Origin: Candidatus Latescibacterota bacterium
Lineage (GTDB): Bacteria > Latescibacterota > UBA2968
Length of the DNA stretch: 64,000 nucleotides
Direction of reading: 5' to 3'
Assembly: GCA_965205975.1 (NCBI GenBank)
Contig: OZ242195.1
Location: 2,784,001-2,848,000 of the forward strand
The first letter of the stretch is position 1, and the number at the start of each line of letters is the position of its first letter. Below, one piece after another: positions 18,337-27,993 of the stretch. Below the pieces are notes generated by a model. That model did no database searches. It worked only from the letters and a program-made list of their open reading frames with translations, and was not told where the DNA came from. A program made the translations under genes and the position numbers.

Positions 18337-21300
18337 TCATACTACTTGCAACTGCTGACTGCACATGTGATAATACAAACCCTGCTGCACCATCAACTCA
18401 TCGTGCGTACCCATCTCCACAATATGACCCTTATCTAAGACCACAATCGCATCTGCATCGCGCACCGTACTCAACCGATGCGCGATAATCAACGCCGTGC
18501 GATCATCCAAAAACAGATCTAAATTCGCCTGTATCGCCTGTTCTGAATCTGTATCCAACGCATTGGTCGCTTCATCAAAAATCAAAATCTTGGGATCATT
18601 ATACAGCGCCCGTGCAATCGCGATCCGTTGCCGTTGTCCACCCGATAATCCCACACCCTGCTCACCCACCTTTGTCTCATAGCCCAAAGGCATATCGCTT
18701 ACGAAATCGTGCACACACGATAGCTTTGCCACTTCCAAAATGCGATCCATATCCGCATCTGTCTGACCAATAGCGATATTTTCTGCAATCGTGCCAGAAA
18801 ACAAAAACGGCTCCTGCATCACCATACCCACCTGCCGCCGCAGCCAATGGGGATCCAGATCCCGCATATCCATTCCATCCAGCGTCACACGCCCTTCTGA
18901 CGGATCAAACAAACGGGGTACCAGCTTGACCAACGTGGTTTTACCCGCGCCACTGCGTCCCACAATTGCAACTTTCTGACTCGGTTCAAGAATCAAGTCG
19001 ATGTTATTCAACACATAAGGCTCATCAGAACCGACACCGTATCTAAAAAACACCTCATCAAAAACCACGCGCCCTTCCAAATGCTTTAAGATCAAACCCT
19101 GACCCTGTTGCCGCGCATCTTCCATCTGCGTGTCATACACATCATTTAACCGATCTAACGCTATACGCGCTTCCTGCACCTGTGGCCATATCCCGATCAA
19201 TCCCATAATTGGGCCCATCACATTGCCAATCAGCGCATTAAACGCCATCAACTGTCCCACCGACAGGTTCCCTTCAATCACCAATGAAGCGCCATACCAC
19301 AAAATCACCGTACTGCTCAACAAATTGATCACGCTTCCGATCCCCCCAAACAACATCTGCATTTTTAACCGCTGAAAGCCAATCTGAATCTCCTTTGTGA
19401 ACTTACCTTCCCAATGCCACCGCGTCGTGTGCTCAACTGCCTCGGCTTTGACCACATCAATGCCATGCAGCGAATCAATCAAGACCGATGATTGTTCGGC
19501 ACGCGCCAGAAAAGCGCGCTGACTGAAAGACTTCAAAATGGGCGTGTAAATCAACGTAAGACCCACAGAGAGCGGCACAAAAACCAGCATAACCAGCGTC
19601 AGTTCCGCATTGTAATAAAACATCAGACCCAGATAGACAAAGAGCATGATAAAATCCAGAACCGCAGAAACCGTCGTACCCGTCAACAAACGCTGAATCG
19701 TTGCATTCTCCCGAAACCGCGTGGTCAAATCGCCCGTGCGCCTGAGCGCAAAAAACTGCATGGACAGCGCCAATAAATGCCGATAAAAACGCGACAACAT
19801 CGCAATGCTCAACCGCGCACTCACATACCCGATTAAATAGACGCGCAACGTCGATGTACCCATCTGGAACAACGCGACGACCACCATACCCACCAGCATC
19901 AAATTCAACAAATCCTCGTCGTGATGCACTAAGACCTGATCGACAATCGTCTGCATAAAAATGGGCGATGCCAGACCAAACAAACTGAGCACTAAAGACG
20001 CCAGCAACACTTCAATCAAAATGCCTGTATAGGGCTTTATCAGAGGGAAAAACCGCTTAAAAGAAGACTGAGAGGGTTCATTCTCTGCCACCTGGTCCGT
20101 GTATTCCAACAACAGCGCCATATTTGTCCAGCCCTTCTCAAACTCTGCTCGCGACAGCTTGCGAATGCCCACGCTGGGGTCCGCTATCTTCACTTCTTTT
20201 TTATTCATCTGATACAAGACCACAAAATGATTGCCTTCCCAGTGTAGAATAGCTGGCAATTCTGTTCGCATCAGAGCTTCATAACCCGTACGCACGCCGC
20301 GCGTGACAAAACCTATGGTTTCCGCAGCCTCGGCCAATGCCGCCATCGATGTGCCATACCGCGACACATTGGACATATCGCGCAACCTGTTTAATCCAAT
20401 CGGCATCTTGTAATACTTACAAATCATGCCCAAACACGCTGCACCACAATCTGATTGATCGTGTTGCTTCAAAAATGGGAAATGCAACAACGTGGGCACT
20501 TGTGGTTTTGCACCGTCTATTCTGATATTAACCACATTGGATGCTGTATGAGACTCTGTATCTTTTTGGGTAATAGAACGCACAACAGGTGGTTCAGACA
20601 CAGAGCGCAATTCCCCCCTTGATCCCTCTTTTCCACGCGATATACGCCCTCTCTCCAGTGCTTCGTCAAATCCCGGCATCATAGCTTTTAACTTATTAAA
20701 ATCGCTTTTATCTATATAAAAGAGCACACTATCACGCCGACTGCGAATCACCCTCTTATCACCTGACAAATTCTCATCACCAAAATAATCACCTGGCCGT
20801 AAAATTACCGTATCCCCACTTTCCAACACAGCCTCCAACTGACCGCTGCCAAGCAAATAAAACCGCTGCCCGAATTGCCCCTGGTCAACAATGGTCACGC
20901 CCTCCTCAACCGCATCGCGCTTCAACCGCGCGAACAACACCCGCATCGCTTCGTCTGGAACATCTCCTTTCAAAAAACGCGTAAAATCCCTATATGCAAT
21001 ACAGGAGACCTGTTCTTCGAGGTAGGCTTTCACGTCAGAACTTTTTCTCATAGCCTTAAAAAACTCGTCCTTCGGCACCCGCAACACATCCGCATCCTCA
21101 ACTGCCCGCACCGTTGCCCGATGCCCTTGCCTATTCAACAATGCCCCTTCGCCAAAATGATCGCCCGCATACAAATAGCCCACAGTTGTTGAATTGCCAT
21201 TCTCATCCTGCTTAATCACCCGCAACCGTCCAGACTCCACAATGTAAAACGCCTCACCCGCTTGCTCTTGTTGAAAAACAACACTTCCAAAGGGAAAACG

Positions 21301-21351
21301 AACAGATTGCGACCGAACTGAGTTTTTGACGAAAAAGTGCGAAAGATTCAT
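18337..21351 (-). CDS. Peptidase-containing ABC transporter (two cNMP-binding domains, C39 peptidase, TMD, NBD)
   Basis: FYIVESGRL...GDHFGEGAL and FYLLGSGQL...GDYFGDE; QHDQSDCGAACL, HFVVLY, IADP; GRSGAGKT, LSGGQRQR, DEAT. Confidence 0.93.
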   Translation of the reverse strand: MNLSHFFVKNSVRSQSVRFPFGSVVFQQEQAGEAFYIVESGRLRVIKQDENGNSTTVGYLYAGDHFGEGALLNRQGHRATVRAVEDADVLRVPKDEFFKAMRKSSDVKAYLEEQVSCIAYRDFTRFLKGDVPDEAMRVLFARLKRDAVEEGVTIVDQGQFGQRFYLLGSGQLEAVLESGDTVILRPGDYFGDENLSGDKRVIRSRRDSVLFYIDKSDFNKLKAMMPGFDEALERGRISRGKEGSRGELRSVSEPPVVRSITQKDTESHTASNVVNIRIDGAKPQVPTLLHFPFLKQHDQSDCGAACLGMICKYYKMPIGLNRLRDMSNVSRYGTSMAALAEAAETIGFVTRGVRTGYEALMRTELPAILHWEGNHFVVLYQMNKKEVKIADPSVGIRKLSRAEFEKGWTNMALLLEYTDQVAENEPSQSSFKRFFPLIKPYTGILIEVLLASLVLSLFGLASPIFMQTIVDQVLVHHDEDLLNLMLVGMVVVALFQMGTSTLRVYLIGYVSARLSIAMLSRFYRHLLALSMQFFALRRTGDLTTRFRENATIQRLLTGTTVSAVLDFIMLFVYLGLMFYYNAELTLVMLVFVPLSVGLTLIYTPILKSFSQRAFLARAEQSSVLIDSLHGIDVVKAEAVEHTTRWHWEGKFTKEIQIGFQRLKMQMLFGGIGSVINLLSSTVILWYGASLVIEGNLSVGQLMAFNALIGNVMGPIMGLIGIWPQVQEARIALDRLNDVYDTQMEDARQQGQGLILKHLEGRVVFDEVFFRYGVGSDEPYVLNNIDLILEPSQKVAIVGRSGAGKTTLVKLVPRLFDPSEGRVTLDGMDMRDLDPHWLRRQVGMVMQEPFLFSGTIAENIAIGQTDADMDRILEVAKLSCVHDFVSDMPLGYETKVGEQGVGLSGGQRQRIAIARALYNDPKILIFDEATNALDTDSEQAIQANLDLFLDDRTALIIAHRLSTVRDADAIVVLDKGHIVEMGTHDELMVQQGLYYHMCSQQLQVV

Positions 21352-21354
21352 TTT

Positions 21355-22242
21355 TTAGTCCATTGTATGGATGGGCACATATCCATCTCTATTATTGCCT
21401 GCCAGAGTTCCTTCGGGTTCAACTCCCGCCTCAAGGTGATCTGTTTCTTCGCGCTTCGCCACCTGATAAAACCACCTCAACCCAATCACGGCTAATAGTA
21501 CGGCACACACATCTACCCACCACGGCAGAAAGATCAAAGCCTCTGGATTTTCCGCAAAGCCAAGTATTTCCGACCGTGCCAATATAACGGCCAAAAAATT
21601 GTTCAACGCGTGTCCCAAAAGACAGGGCAACAAAGACCCCGTCTGAATGATCCACCAGGCGAATACAAGTCCCAATATCAAAGCCACGGGAAATTGCCAA
21701 GGGCTCAGGTGATATATAGCAAACAAAATTGCCGACCAAATAGCAGCCTGATACTTTGACCAATACGCCAACAAACCACCCAAAATAATACCTCTAAAAA
21801 ACACCTCTTCTGTGAAGGGTGCTTGAATCACCGCTACATAAAAAGCGAGTAAATAAGAGGACTCTTTACCAACTAACTCGCGAGACGCATTCTGCAAAAT
21901 CTCGGGCATTGGAATCACATACAATACCCCTTTGCCTAATTCCAGAGAGACAATAAACAACCCGGGAATAGATATCACAAGTGGAAGTAGTAATTGCCAT
22001 GAAATGGCTTTTATGGGCATAATATCAGCCCACGACGACCATGTTCGATCGGTTCGACGCAAAACATAGTTTACGACCAAAATAAAACTCGCCAAGGTCA
22101 AGAGCCAGATCACATAAGGACTTTCATGGAATGGCTGGTCAATAATCACTCCTATTATCGCAATCGGTACCATCAAACCTGCGCTAATCAGGAACAACAA
22201 TACCAGCAGCCAAATCGATTGCTTCAGATTGGGATACGTCAT
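21355..22242 (-). CDS. CPBP/Abi intramembrane metalloprotease (possible immunity or processing)
   Basis: APFTEEVFFRG, FAIYH, GHALNN. Confidence 0.9.
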   Translation of the reverse strand: MTYPNLKQSIWLLVLLFLISAGLMVPIAIIGVIIDQPFHESPYVIWLLTLASFILVVNYVLRRTDRTWSSWADIMPIKAISWQLLLPLVISIPGLFIVSLELGKGVLYVIPMPEILQNASRELVGKESSYLLAFYVAVIQAPFTEEVFFRGIILGGLLAYWSKYQAAIWSAILFAIYHLSPWQFPVALILGLVFAWWIIQTGSLLPCLLGHALNNFLAVILARSEILGFAENPEALIFLPWWVDVCAVLLAVIGLRWFYQVAKREETDHLEAGVEPEGTLAGNNRDGYVPIHTMD

Positions 22243-22296
22243 TTCTTCTCCTTGTCGATAAATTTAAATCACCTGCTCATAAATCTGTCTACCTAT

Positions 22297-22575
22297 CTAT
22301 TCCTCTTGTTTGCTACCATTAGATCCAGAGAACTTTGCCATTACTCTATCTGCCCAATCCCAATACCATTTTGCATGTTTGAATGATAAGACTGCCAAGC
22401 CTCCCATCAAACCACCATTTATGGCAGACATCATATTAGAGCTCAATCCTGGAAAGAAAAAATGTTTAAGAGTTACCATCAATGCTGAGAAAAATACCCC
22501 CAAACAGAGTGCCAAAAGAACAAAACCAAAAATGCGACCTTTCCAAGGACCGCCAAGAAGATATGCGGGTTTCAT
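22297..22575 (-). CDS. Small membrane protein, candidate immunity protein
   Basis: GGAGG RBS; two hydrophobic helices; directly downstream of the bacteriocin-like precursor. Confidence 0.6.
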   Translation of the reverse strand: MKPAYLLGGPWKGRIFGFVLLALCLGVFFSALMVTLKHFFFPGLSSNMMSAINGGLMGGLAVLSFKHAKWYWDWADRVMAKFSGSNGSKQEE

Positions 22576-22675
22576 TAAAACCTCCATTTTTATTTAGAGT
22601 CTTTCCTTGTGATGAACACCGAGCAGACACGCTTAGAAGGCTCTAGGCTCAAAAACATCAAATTATAGAAAGCAC

Positions 22676-22733
22676 TAACCAATGGTGCGTGTTTAGAGAC
22701 TGAAAACCTTTTAAAAACTCGCACCATTGGTTA
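22676..22733. other. Long stem-loop after the precursor genes (terminator or mRNA stabiliser)
   Basis: Perfect 14-bp inverted repeat TAACCAATGGTGCG / CGCACCATTGGTTA. Confidence 0.65.
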
Positions 22734-22746
22734 CTTAACAGCAATC

Positions 22747-23115
22747 CTAATTACAACTACAGGTGCATCCTTGCGGATCGGAATCTTCTGACGTAATTTC
22801 GCTCAAAATATAACCTGCAGCACCACTTACAACACCACTTACATAACCAATTCCCGCCCCTAAGGCAGCACCTGGAAGAGCACCTATACCACCAGCCATA
22901 GCACCAGTGGTTGCACCTGTAGCAGCACCAGATATAGTACCAACAACAGCAGCTGTCTGTACAGCTTCATTAAATTCATCCCAATCCCATAAACCATCAA
23001 TACCCGCCATTTCATCAACATTGAGCGTTGTTTGCTGGACGGGCAGTGCTGCGCAAGAAGCAAAAACGGCATCTGAATCTGACTTTACACGATTGTTCAA
23101 AGCGATAACGGACAT
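22747..23115 (-). CDS. Class II bacteriocin-like precursor P4 (double-glycine-type leader, Gly/Ala-rich core, CxCxC tail)
   Basis: LNVDEMAGIDG leader; GAATGATTGAMAGGIGALPGAALGAGIG core; ends QGCTCSCN. Confidence 0.75.
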   Translation of the reverse strand: MSVIALNNRVKSDSDAVFASCAALPVQQTTLNVDEMAGIDGLWDWDEFNEAVQTAAVVGTISGAATGATTGAMAGGIGALPGAALGAGIGYVSGVVSGAAGYILSEITSEDSDPQGCTCSCN

Positions 23116-23236
23116 AATATTCTCCAAAAGTAATAAATGGTAAGGCTCATCAAGCCAGTACCTGAGTAACAGAAATTTGAAATTTACAACAAACGACCAA
23201 TATGTTCACCTGGCCAAATACTTACCGGACCCTGAA

Positions 23237-23464
23237 CTACATTGGCCAGGGAAAAGGGTTAAAGATATCTTCCAAATAATCTTCCAAAATATCGTCCAGT
23301 GTTGGGTCAAAATCCTCACTGGTATCATCTTCTGGGACCGGAAAACATCCATCAGCACCAGAGAGCCGAGCAATTTCAAGCCTATTCAAATCGCTCGTTT
23401 TAATCGGCAGATTGGTCACACCTGCGACCGATTGCTCGGGATTTGATACAATTCGTCTCGTCAT
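23237..23464 (-). CDS. RiPP precursor P3 (acidic core, single Cys)
   Basis: AAGGAGGTGA RBS; leader ...LNRLEIARLSGA; core DGCFPVPEDDTSEDFDPTLDDILEDYLEDIFNPFPWPM. Confidence 0.75.
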   Translation of the reverse strand: MTRRIVSNPEQSVAGVTNLPIKTSDLNRLEIARLSGADGCFPVPEDDTSEDFDPTLDDILEDYLEDIFNPFPWPM

Positions 23465-23917
23465 TCCTCTCACCTCCTTTCTCCATAGCCTCAGCGCAAG
23501 CTACATCCCCGTGGCGCCGATCAGGGAGCTGTAAGCATATCGCTGATGGTATCGGATTCTGTAAAGGGTTTTATGGGGTGTGGCGCAATACTACCAGGAA
23601 CCCCACCATTCACTCACCGCATCTCCAATATCATCAATAATATCTTCAATAAGTGGATCGTGCTCAGACAGATCTTCCCCTGGCAAAATGCACCCACCTA
23701 ATGTATTCGCCATCTCACCACGCACCAGTTCGATTTCTTGACCAGGAAGTTGAACACAGGTAGCAGAAACTTGTTCTGGCATTGATGTAATGCGTTCAGT
23801 CATTTCTTTCACCTCCTTTCTCCATAGCCTCAGCGCAACAGCGTCTCCTGCACCTGTACATCGATCAGGGAGCCGTGAGCATATCGCTGAAGTGTCGAAT
23901 TTTGCGAAGCGTCTTAT
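23462..23917. repeat. Tandem duplication unit (GT 3' end, RBS region and precursor start)
   Basis: Identical 30-mer at 23470-23499 and 23809-23838; diverged copy of the GT 3' end at 23518-23574 versus 23862-23917. Confidence 0.85.
23591..23803 (-). CDS. RiPP precursor P2 (acidic core, predicted N-terminal Cys)
   Basis: AAGGAGGTGA RBS; leader ...LVRGEMANTLGG; core CILPGEDLSEHDPLIEDIIDDIGDAVSEWWGSW. Confidence 0.78.
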   Translation of the reverse strand: MTERITSMPEQVSATCVQLPGQEIELVRGEMANTLGGCILPGEDLSEHDPLIEDIIDDIGDAVSEWWGSW

Positions 23918-25268
23918 AAGCTCTATCGCGCGTCTCGCATAAGCCTATCAGAGCAGCTTCGACTTCGTTTGGGTGTAAATGTTGCATCAAATGAAGGCCC
24001 AAGCCTTCAATAAGGGACATATCTTGCCCAAAAAACGAAATGCGAGGCAACGGACCTTGCGCGCTTCCCAAATAGTTAAATCCTTTGGACACACTTTTCG
24101 GCACACCGGACATATCACACCCCTGTGTAAAACTCACGGTTATTGGTATCGGGCAGGCAGGTACATCGCGTTTGGTCCGCAGACTTTCAAACAGTGCCAT
24201 GTGCTGCTGTGCCGTATGATCCCAGGAAAATTCTAGTGCGCGTTTGCGAGCAGACTCACCCATTTCTACACGCTCCGTCTTGCTATCCAAAAAATCGCGC
24301 ACAGCATCTGAAATCACTTCTGGGGCGATATACCCCGTCACATTCAATGGCTCGTCTTCAAATCGCTCAATCTCGATCAACCGCCCACAACTGCCCAACA
24401 ACTCTGGCGCACCCGCAAAATTTGTCGCCACAACCGGAAGACCACACGCCATGCCCTCTATCACAGTGGAGGGACACGACTCATACGAATACACCGACAG
24501 CGCGCACAATACATCCAGCATATTGTAATACAGCGGCATATCCGTATAGGGTTGCGCGCCCAGAAAGATCACATTGGGCGGATGCGTCACGGGTGCGAAC
24601 TGCTTGCCAATCACCGCAAACAGCACATTGGGATTCAGATCGGCCATCCGCAAAAACGGATACGCACCCTTGCCCGGCTCAAACCGCCCGCAAAAACCCA
24701 CGACAGGCATCTCTAAAAAACGTTGATCACCCGTCTTATTCGCGACCTCCTTTCGCGCTTGCAACTTATCCATCGGCACAAACACCTCGGCATCTACCCC
24801 ATTGGTAATCGCATGCAAATACGATCTGTCAAACACCATCTTGCCCACTTCGTCAGCGACATACGCCGACTTGGGCGACAGGGCATCATAAGGCCGCAAC
24901 AGCGAATAACATTGAAGCACCTTATCTATAAAATCCCGATTGCGTCCAAAAGAACACGACAGCCGAATCACAATGGGTGCGGGACACACATGGCGAAAAA
25001 ATGCCAGGTCATCTACTTTGGGCTCAAACATCAGCACCCCATCAAAATCCTGCCGCGCAAACCACTGGCGAGACGCATCAATCGTCTCAAACTCAGGTCG
25101 AATACCGTGCAAATTCGGACCATAATCCACCGCTTCAGACGCTGGCATATACACATTGCAATACTTCGATAACGCCTGCACATGGTTAAAACCCGAAAGG
25201 GACGCCCCGCTATTCGACGCCATCACTTTTTCATGATCGTGATACGGATGTGACACATAAATTTTCAT
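23865..25268 (-). CDS. GT4 family glycosyltransferase with C-terminal extension
   Basis: NGVD, GRFEPGKG, ESCPSTVIEGMACGLPVV, FSW. Confidence 0.9.
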   Translation of the reverse strand: MKIYVSHPYHDHEKVMASNSGASLSGFNHVQALSKYCNVYMPASEAVDYGPNLHGIRPEFETIDASRQWFARQDFDGVLMFEPKVDDLAFFRHVCPAPIVIRLSCSFGRNRDFIDKVLQCYSLLRPYDALSPKSAYVADEVGKMVFDRSYLHAITNGVDAEVFVPMDKLQARKEVANKTGDQRFLEMPVVGFCGRFEPGKGAYPFLRMADLNPNVLFAVIGKQFAPVTHPPNVIFLGAQPYTDMPLYYNMLDVLCALSVYSYESCPSTVIEGMACGLPVVATNFAGAPELLGSCGRLIEIERFEDEPLNVTGYIAPEVISDAVRDFLDSKTERVEMGESARKRALEFSWDHTAQQHMALFESLRTKRDVPACPIPITVSFTQGCDMSGVPKSVSKGFNYLGSAQGPLPRISFFGQDMSLIEGLGLHLMQHLHPNEVEAALIGLCETRDRAYKTLRKIRHFSDMLTAP

Positions 25269-25286
25269 CTTTCACCTCATTAGGAA

Positions 25287-25383
25287 TCGGCTTTCAGCCA
25301 TCAGCTTTCAGTTCCCCGCCCAGACACCCAAAGGTAATAGCTTGCTTGTTTTGCTAACTGCTAACCACTGAACGCTGACTGCT
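25287..25383. repeat. Inverted arrays of heptamer repeats between the GT genes
   Basis: TCGGCTT TCAGCCA TCAGCTT TCAGTT ... GCTAACT GCTAACC ACTGAAC GCTGACT. Confidence 0.45.
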
Positions 25384-27943
25384 GCTCTATGAACTTTTGC
25401 GTTTGCTCGGCACCATCCAGGGATAGATGATGTTCGGACACAGAACTTTCGAGCATTTCGGCTATAGCTTTTGCCATCTTTTCCGCACTGAGTTGATCCG
25501 GATGTACCACCCCGGCAATGCCCAACCACATCAACTCCTGCGCGCGAAATTCCTGATCATCCATCGCAATGCTCGGCACCAGAATTGATGGGACCTGTGT
25601 CTCGAGCACATTCATACACGTATTGTAGCCCGCCCGGCTAATCGACAAATCCGCGTGTTTCATCCACGCCAAAAAATTGGACGTAAAGCGCTCAATGCGA
25701 AACGGACCATCACCGCACAACCCGCGCAAAGCCTCAAAATGCTTTTCATCTATAAACGCACCAGCAAAAATCACCATCTCGCGTCCATCGTGCGCATCGT
25801 CCCGCTCCAATTGTTTCCACGCTTCAATACACGGCGCAACAAGCGCAAGCCCCTCAGCCCCGCCGCCAGCACTGACCAACACATACCGATCAGGCGCACG
25901 ATCAGGCCGAGATGCGTCCTCGAGTTTCTCAGAGACAAACCCCGTATAAACCACGGGAATACCGATATCAGCAGTCCAGGGAAAGTGATCTTCCAACCGG
26001 GATAGTTGGGAATCGCCATGCACCAATACCGCATCGAAATACTGATTCAACACGGGCACGACCTCCTCGTAATACCGCCGATTAAAAGCCACATACTCGT
26101 GATGTATCCCGCCAAAAGGCACCGAATAAAACCGCATCGCATCTCCATCGCGTCTCTGGACAAGCGCGACAGTCGGTTGCAACACATTGCTTTTTGCCCG
26201 CGTTGGAATATCGCGCAGAGAACACAGCACTTTCGCGCCGGGATTGACCTCATTGAGTCTGACTATTGTATTGAGGATTTCGCTCTTAAGCGACCATCGG
26301 GAAAAAGGGAAAAACTCAATACAAAACACATCGGGGCGAATCTGTTCCATCGCTTCGGAAAGCCTGACCTGGCGCTCGCGCATCACAGCCTGCAAATCGC
26401 GCTCCTTATCAACAGACTCAATGCCCTGTGCGCCCGAGCGAAGGGGCGGCAGGGAAATACGCGTCACCCGTTCATCGAGATCGGCTTCGGGAACAGGGCG
26501 CCCGCCATCGATGAAAAAAACATCGCATGTCTTGACTAACGCATTGACAATCTGTCGATTGCGAAAATGGTGTCCCACGCCGATAAGATGCTGGCTGTAA
26601 AAAGCAACGCGCGTGCGTCTGGTTTTGGCCGCTGATAATGGTTCTACACGTGAACTTTCCGCCTGGACGAGACAAACGGATGAACCGCTCTGACACTTGT
26701 ACACCGCTTGCGCAGATTCATATATCCCGCGATAGCCTTCCACAACCCGCGTCCATGTACGCTCTGACCGCACCCATTCACTACTCTTTTTCCCCAATTG
26801 CATCCGCAGTGAGGGATTCTCGATAAGTTCGGCACATGTTTGGGTAAGACTCTCGACATTATCTGCCGCAAAAACGCGCCCGGTTTCGCCATCTGTAACC
26901 ACCTCCGTAAGTGCGGCTACATCACTCACAACAACGGCTTTTTTCATCGCCATTGCCTCATAAGGCTTCATCGGCGTAACCAGTTCGGTAACGCGGCTAC
27001 GCGTGCGGGGAATAACAAAAACATCTAACATCGCGTAATAGGCAGAAACCTGGTCGTGTGGTATTTCACCCGTAAAAATCACTATATCCGAAAGACCGCG
27101 TTCAAGTGCCTCGCGTTGCAACGCCGGCAAATCTCGTCCACCACCCACAATCAACACTTTGAGATTGGCATACTGCGTGCGAAGAACCTCACACGCCTGC
27201 AACAACAACCGTAATCCCTCCAGCGACCGCACCAGACCGATATAACCTAACACCACATCGCTCAATTCAATACCTATGCGATTGGCAAGTTCACCTGACT
27301 TATTTTTGGGGGCATATTGCTCTATTGCTACCCCATTGGGCACCACGCCAATTTTCTCTTCGTCAACACCTTCGCGTATGCACTCGGCTTTTAATACCTC
27401 GGACAACGTCACTACTGCATCGGCTTGTCGCATCGCATTGACATGTTGCTCGTGCTGCTGGCGATACGCCTCTGAAGCGGGAACCAGCATCCCTTGCGCC
27501 ACACCGCTATCGTGCCACAACCCCCGCACCTCGTACACCACAGGCAGACCATAGTGATGCCCTATATCAATCGCAACCTGCGCGTTTCTACCCGGCGAAG
27601 CGGCGTGCAACACATCGGGTTTTTCCATTTCTATTGCCCGCGCAACACGCTTGCGAAAGTGTTGCTCCTGTCCCGCGTGATAGATTCGCGGAGTATCTGG
27701 TAATTGAAATTTGCCCAGGCGTTCTGATAGACGTGTGGTGTATTTTTCAGAAGTATTTCTCAAATAAGGCACTTCATTGATATATTCGACACCATCAGCG
27801 AGTTGTTCAGACACACCCCACCGCGTGAGCACCACAGGATCGAAGCCGAGTACTTTCTGCGTGTTGATGATATACTGGCTTCGCAAACTGTATCCGCTTT
27901 GTCGGTGTGGCAGCGAAATATCCAGAATATGTAGAATTTTCAT
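25361..27943 (-). CDS. Bifunctional glycosyltransferase: GT4 domain plus GT28-C-terminal-like GT-B domain
   Basis: HILDISLP..SGYSLR, YEVRGLW, PMKPYEAMA; second domain YSQHLIGVGH, SAGGG, ISRAGYNT. Confidence 0.88.
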   Translation of the reverse strand: MKILHILDISLPHRQSGYSLRSQYIINTQKVLGFDPVVLTRWGVSEQLADGVEYINEVPYLRNTSEKYTTRLSERLGKFQLPDTPRIYHAGQEQHFRKRVARAIEMEKPDVLHAASPGRNAQVAIDIGHHYGLPVVYEVRGLWHDSGVAQGMLVPASEAYRQQHEQHVNAMRQADAVVTLSEVLKAECIREGVDEEKIGVVPNGVAIEQYAPKNKSGELANRIGIELSDVVLGYIGLVRSLEGLRLLLQACEVLRTQYANLKVLIVGGGRDLPALQREALERGLSDIVIFTGEIPHDQVSAYYAMLDVFVIPRTRSRVTELVTPMKPYEAMAMKKAVVVSDVAALTEVVTDGETGRVFAADNVESLTQTCAELIENPSLRMQLGKKSSEWVRSERTWTRVVEGYRGIYESAQAVYKCQSGSSVCLVQAESSRVEPLSAAKTRRTRVAFYSQHLIGVGHHFRNRQIVNALVKTCDVFFIDGGRPVPEADLDERVTRISLPPLRSGAQGIESVDKERDLQAVMRERQVRLSEAMEQIRPDVFCIEFFPFSRWSLKSEILNTIVRLNEVNPGAKVLCSLRDIPTRAKSNVLQPTVALVQRRDGDAMRFYSVPFGGIHHEYVAFNRRYYEEVVPVLNQYFDAVLVHGDSQLSRLEDHFPWTADIGIPVVYTGFVSEKLEDASRPDRAPDRYVLVSAGGGAEGLALVAPCIEAWKQLERDDAHDGREMVIFAGAFIDEKHFEALRGLCGDGPFRIERFTSNFLAWMKHADLSISRAGYNTCMNVLETQVPSILVPSIAMDDQEFRAQELMWLGIAGVVHPDQLSAEKMAKAIAEMLESSVSEHHLSLDGAEQTQKFIEQQSAFSG

Positions 27944-27993
27944 CGCTCGATTCTCCAAGGATCGTAGGCATACAAGGGGTTCATCATCTACAA

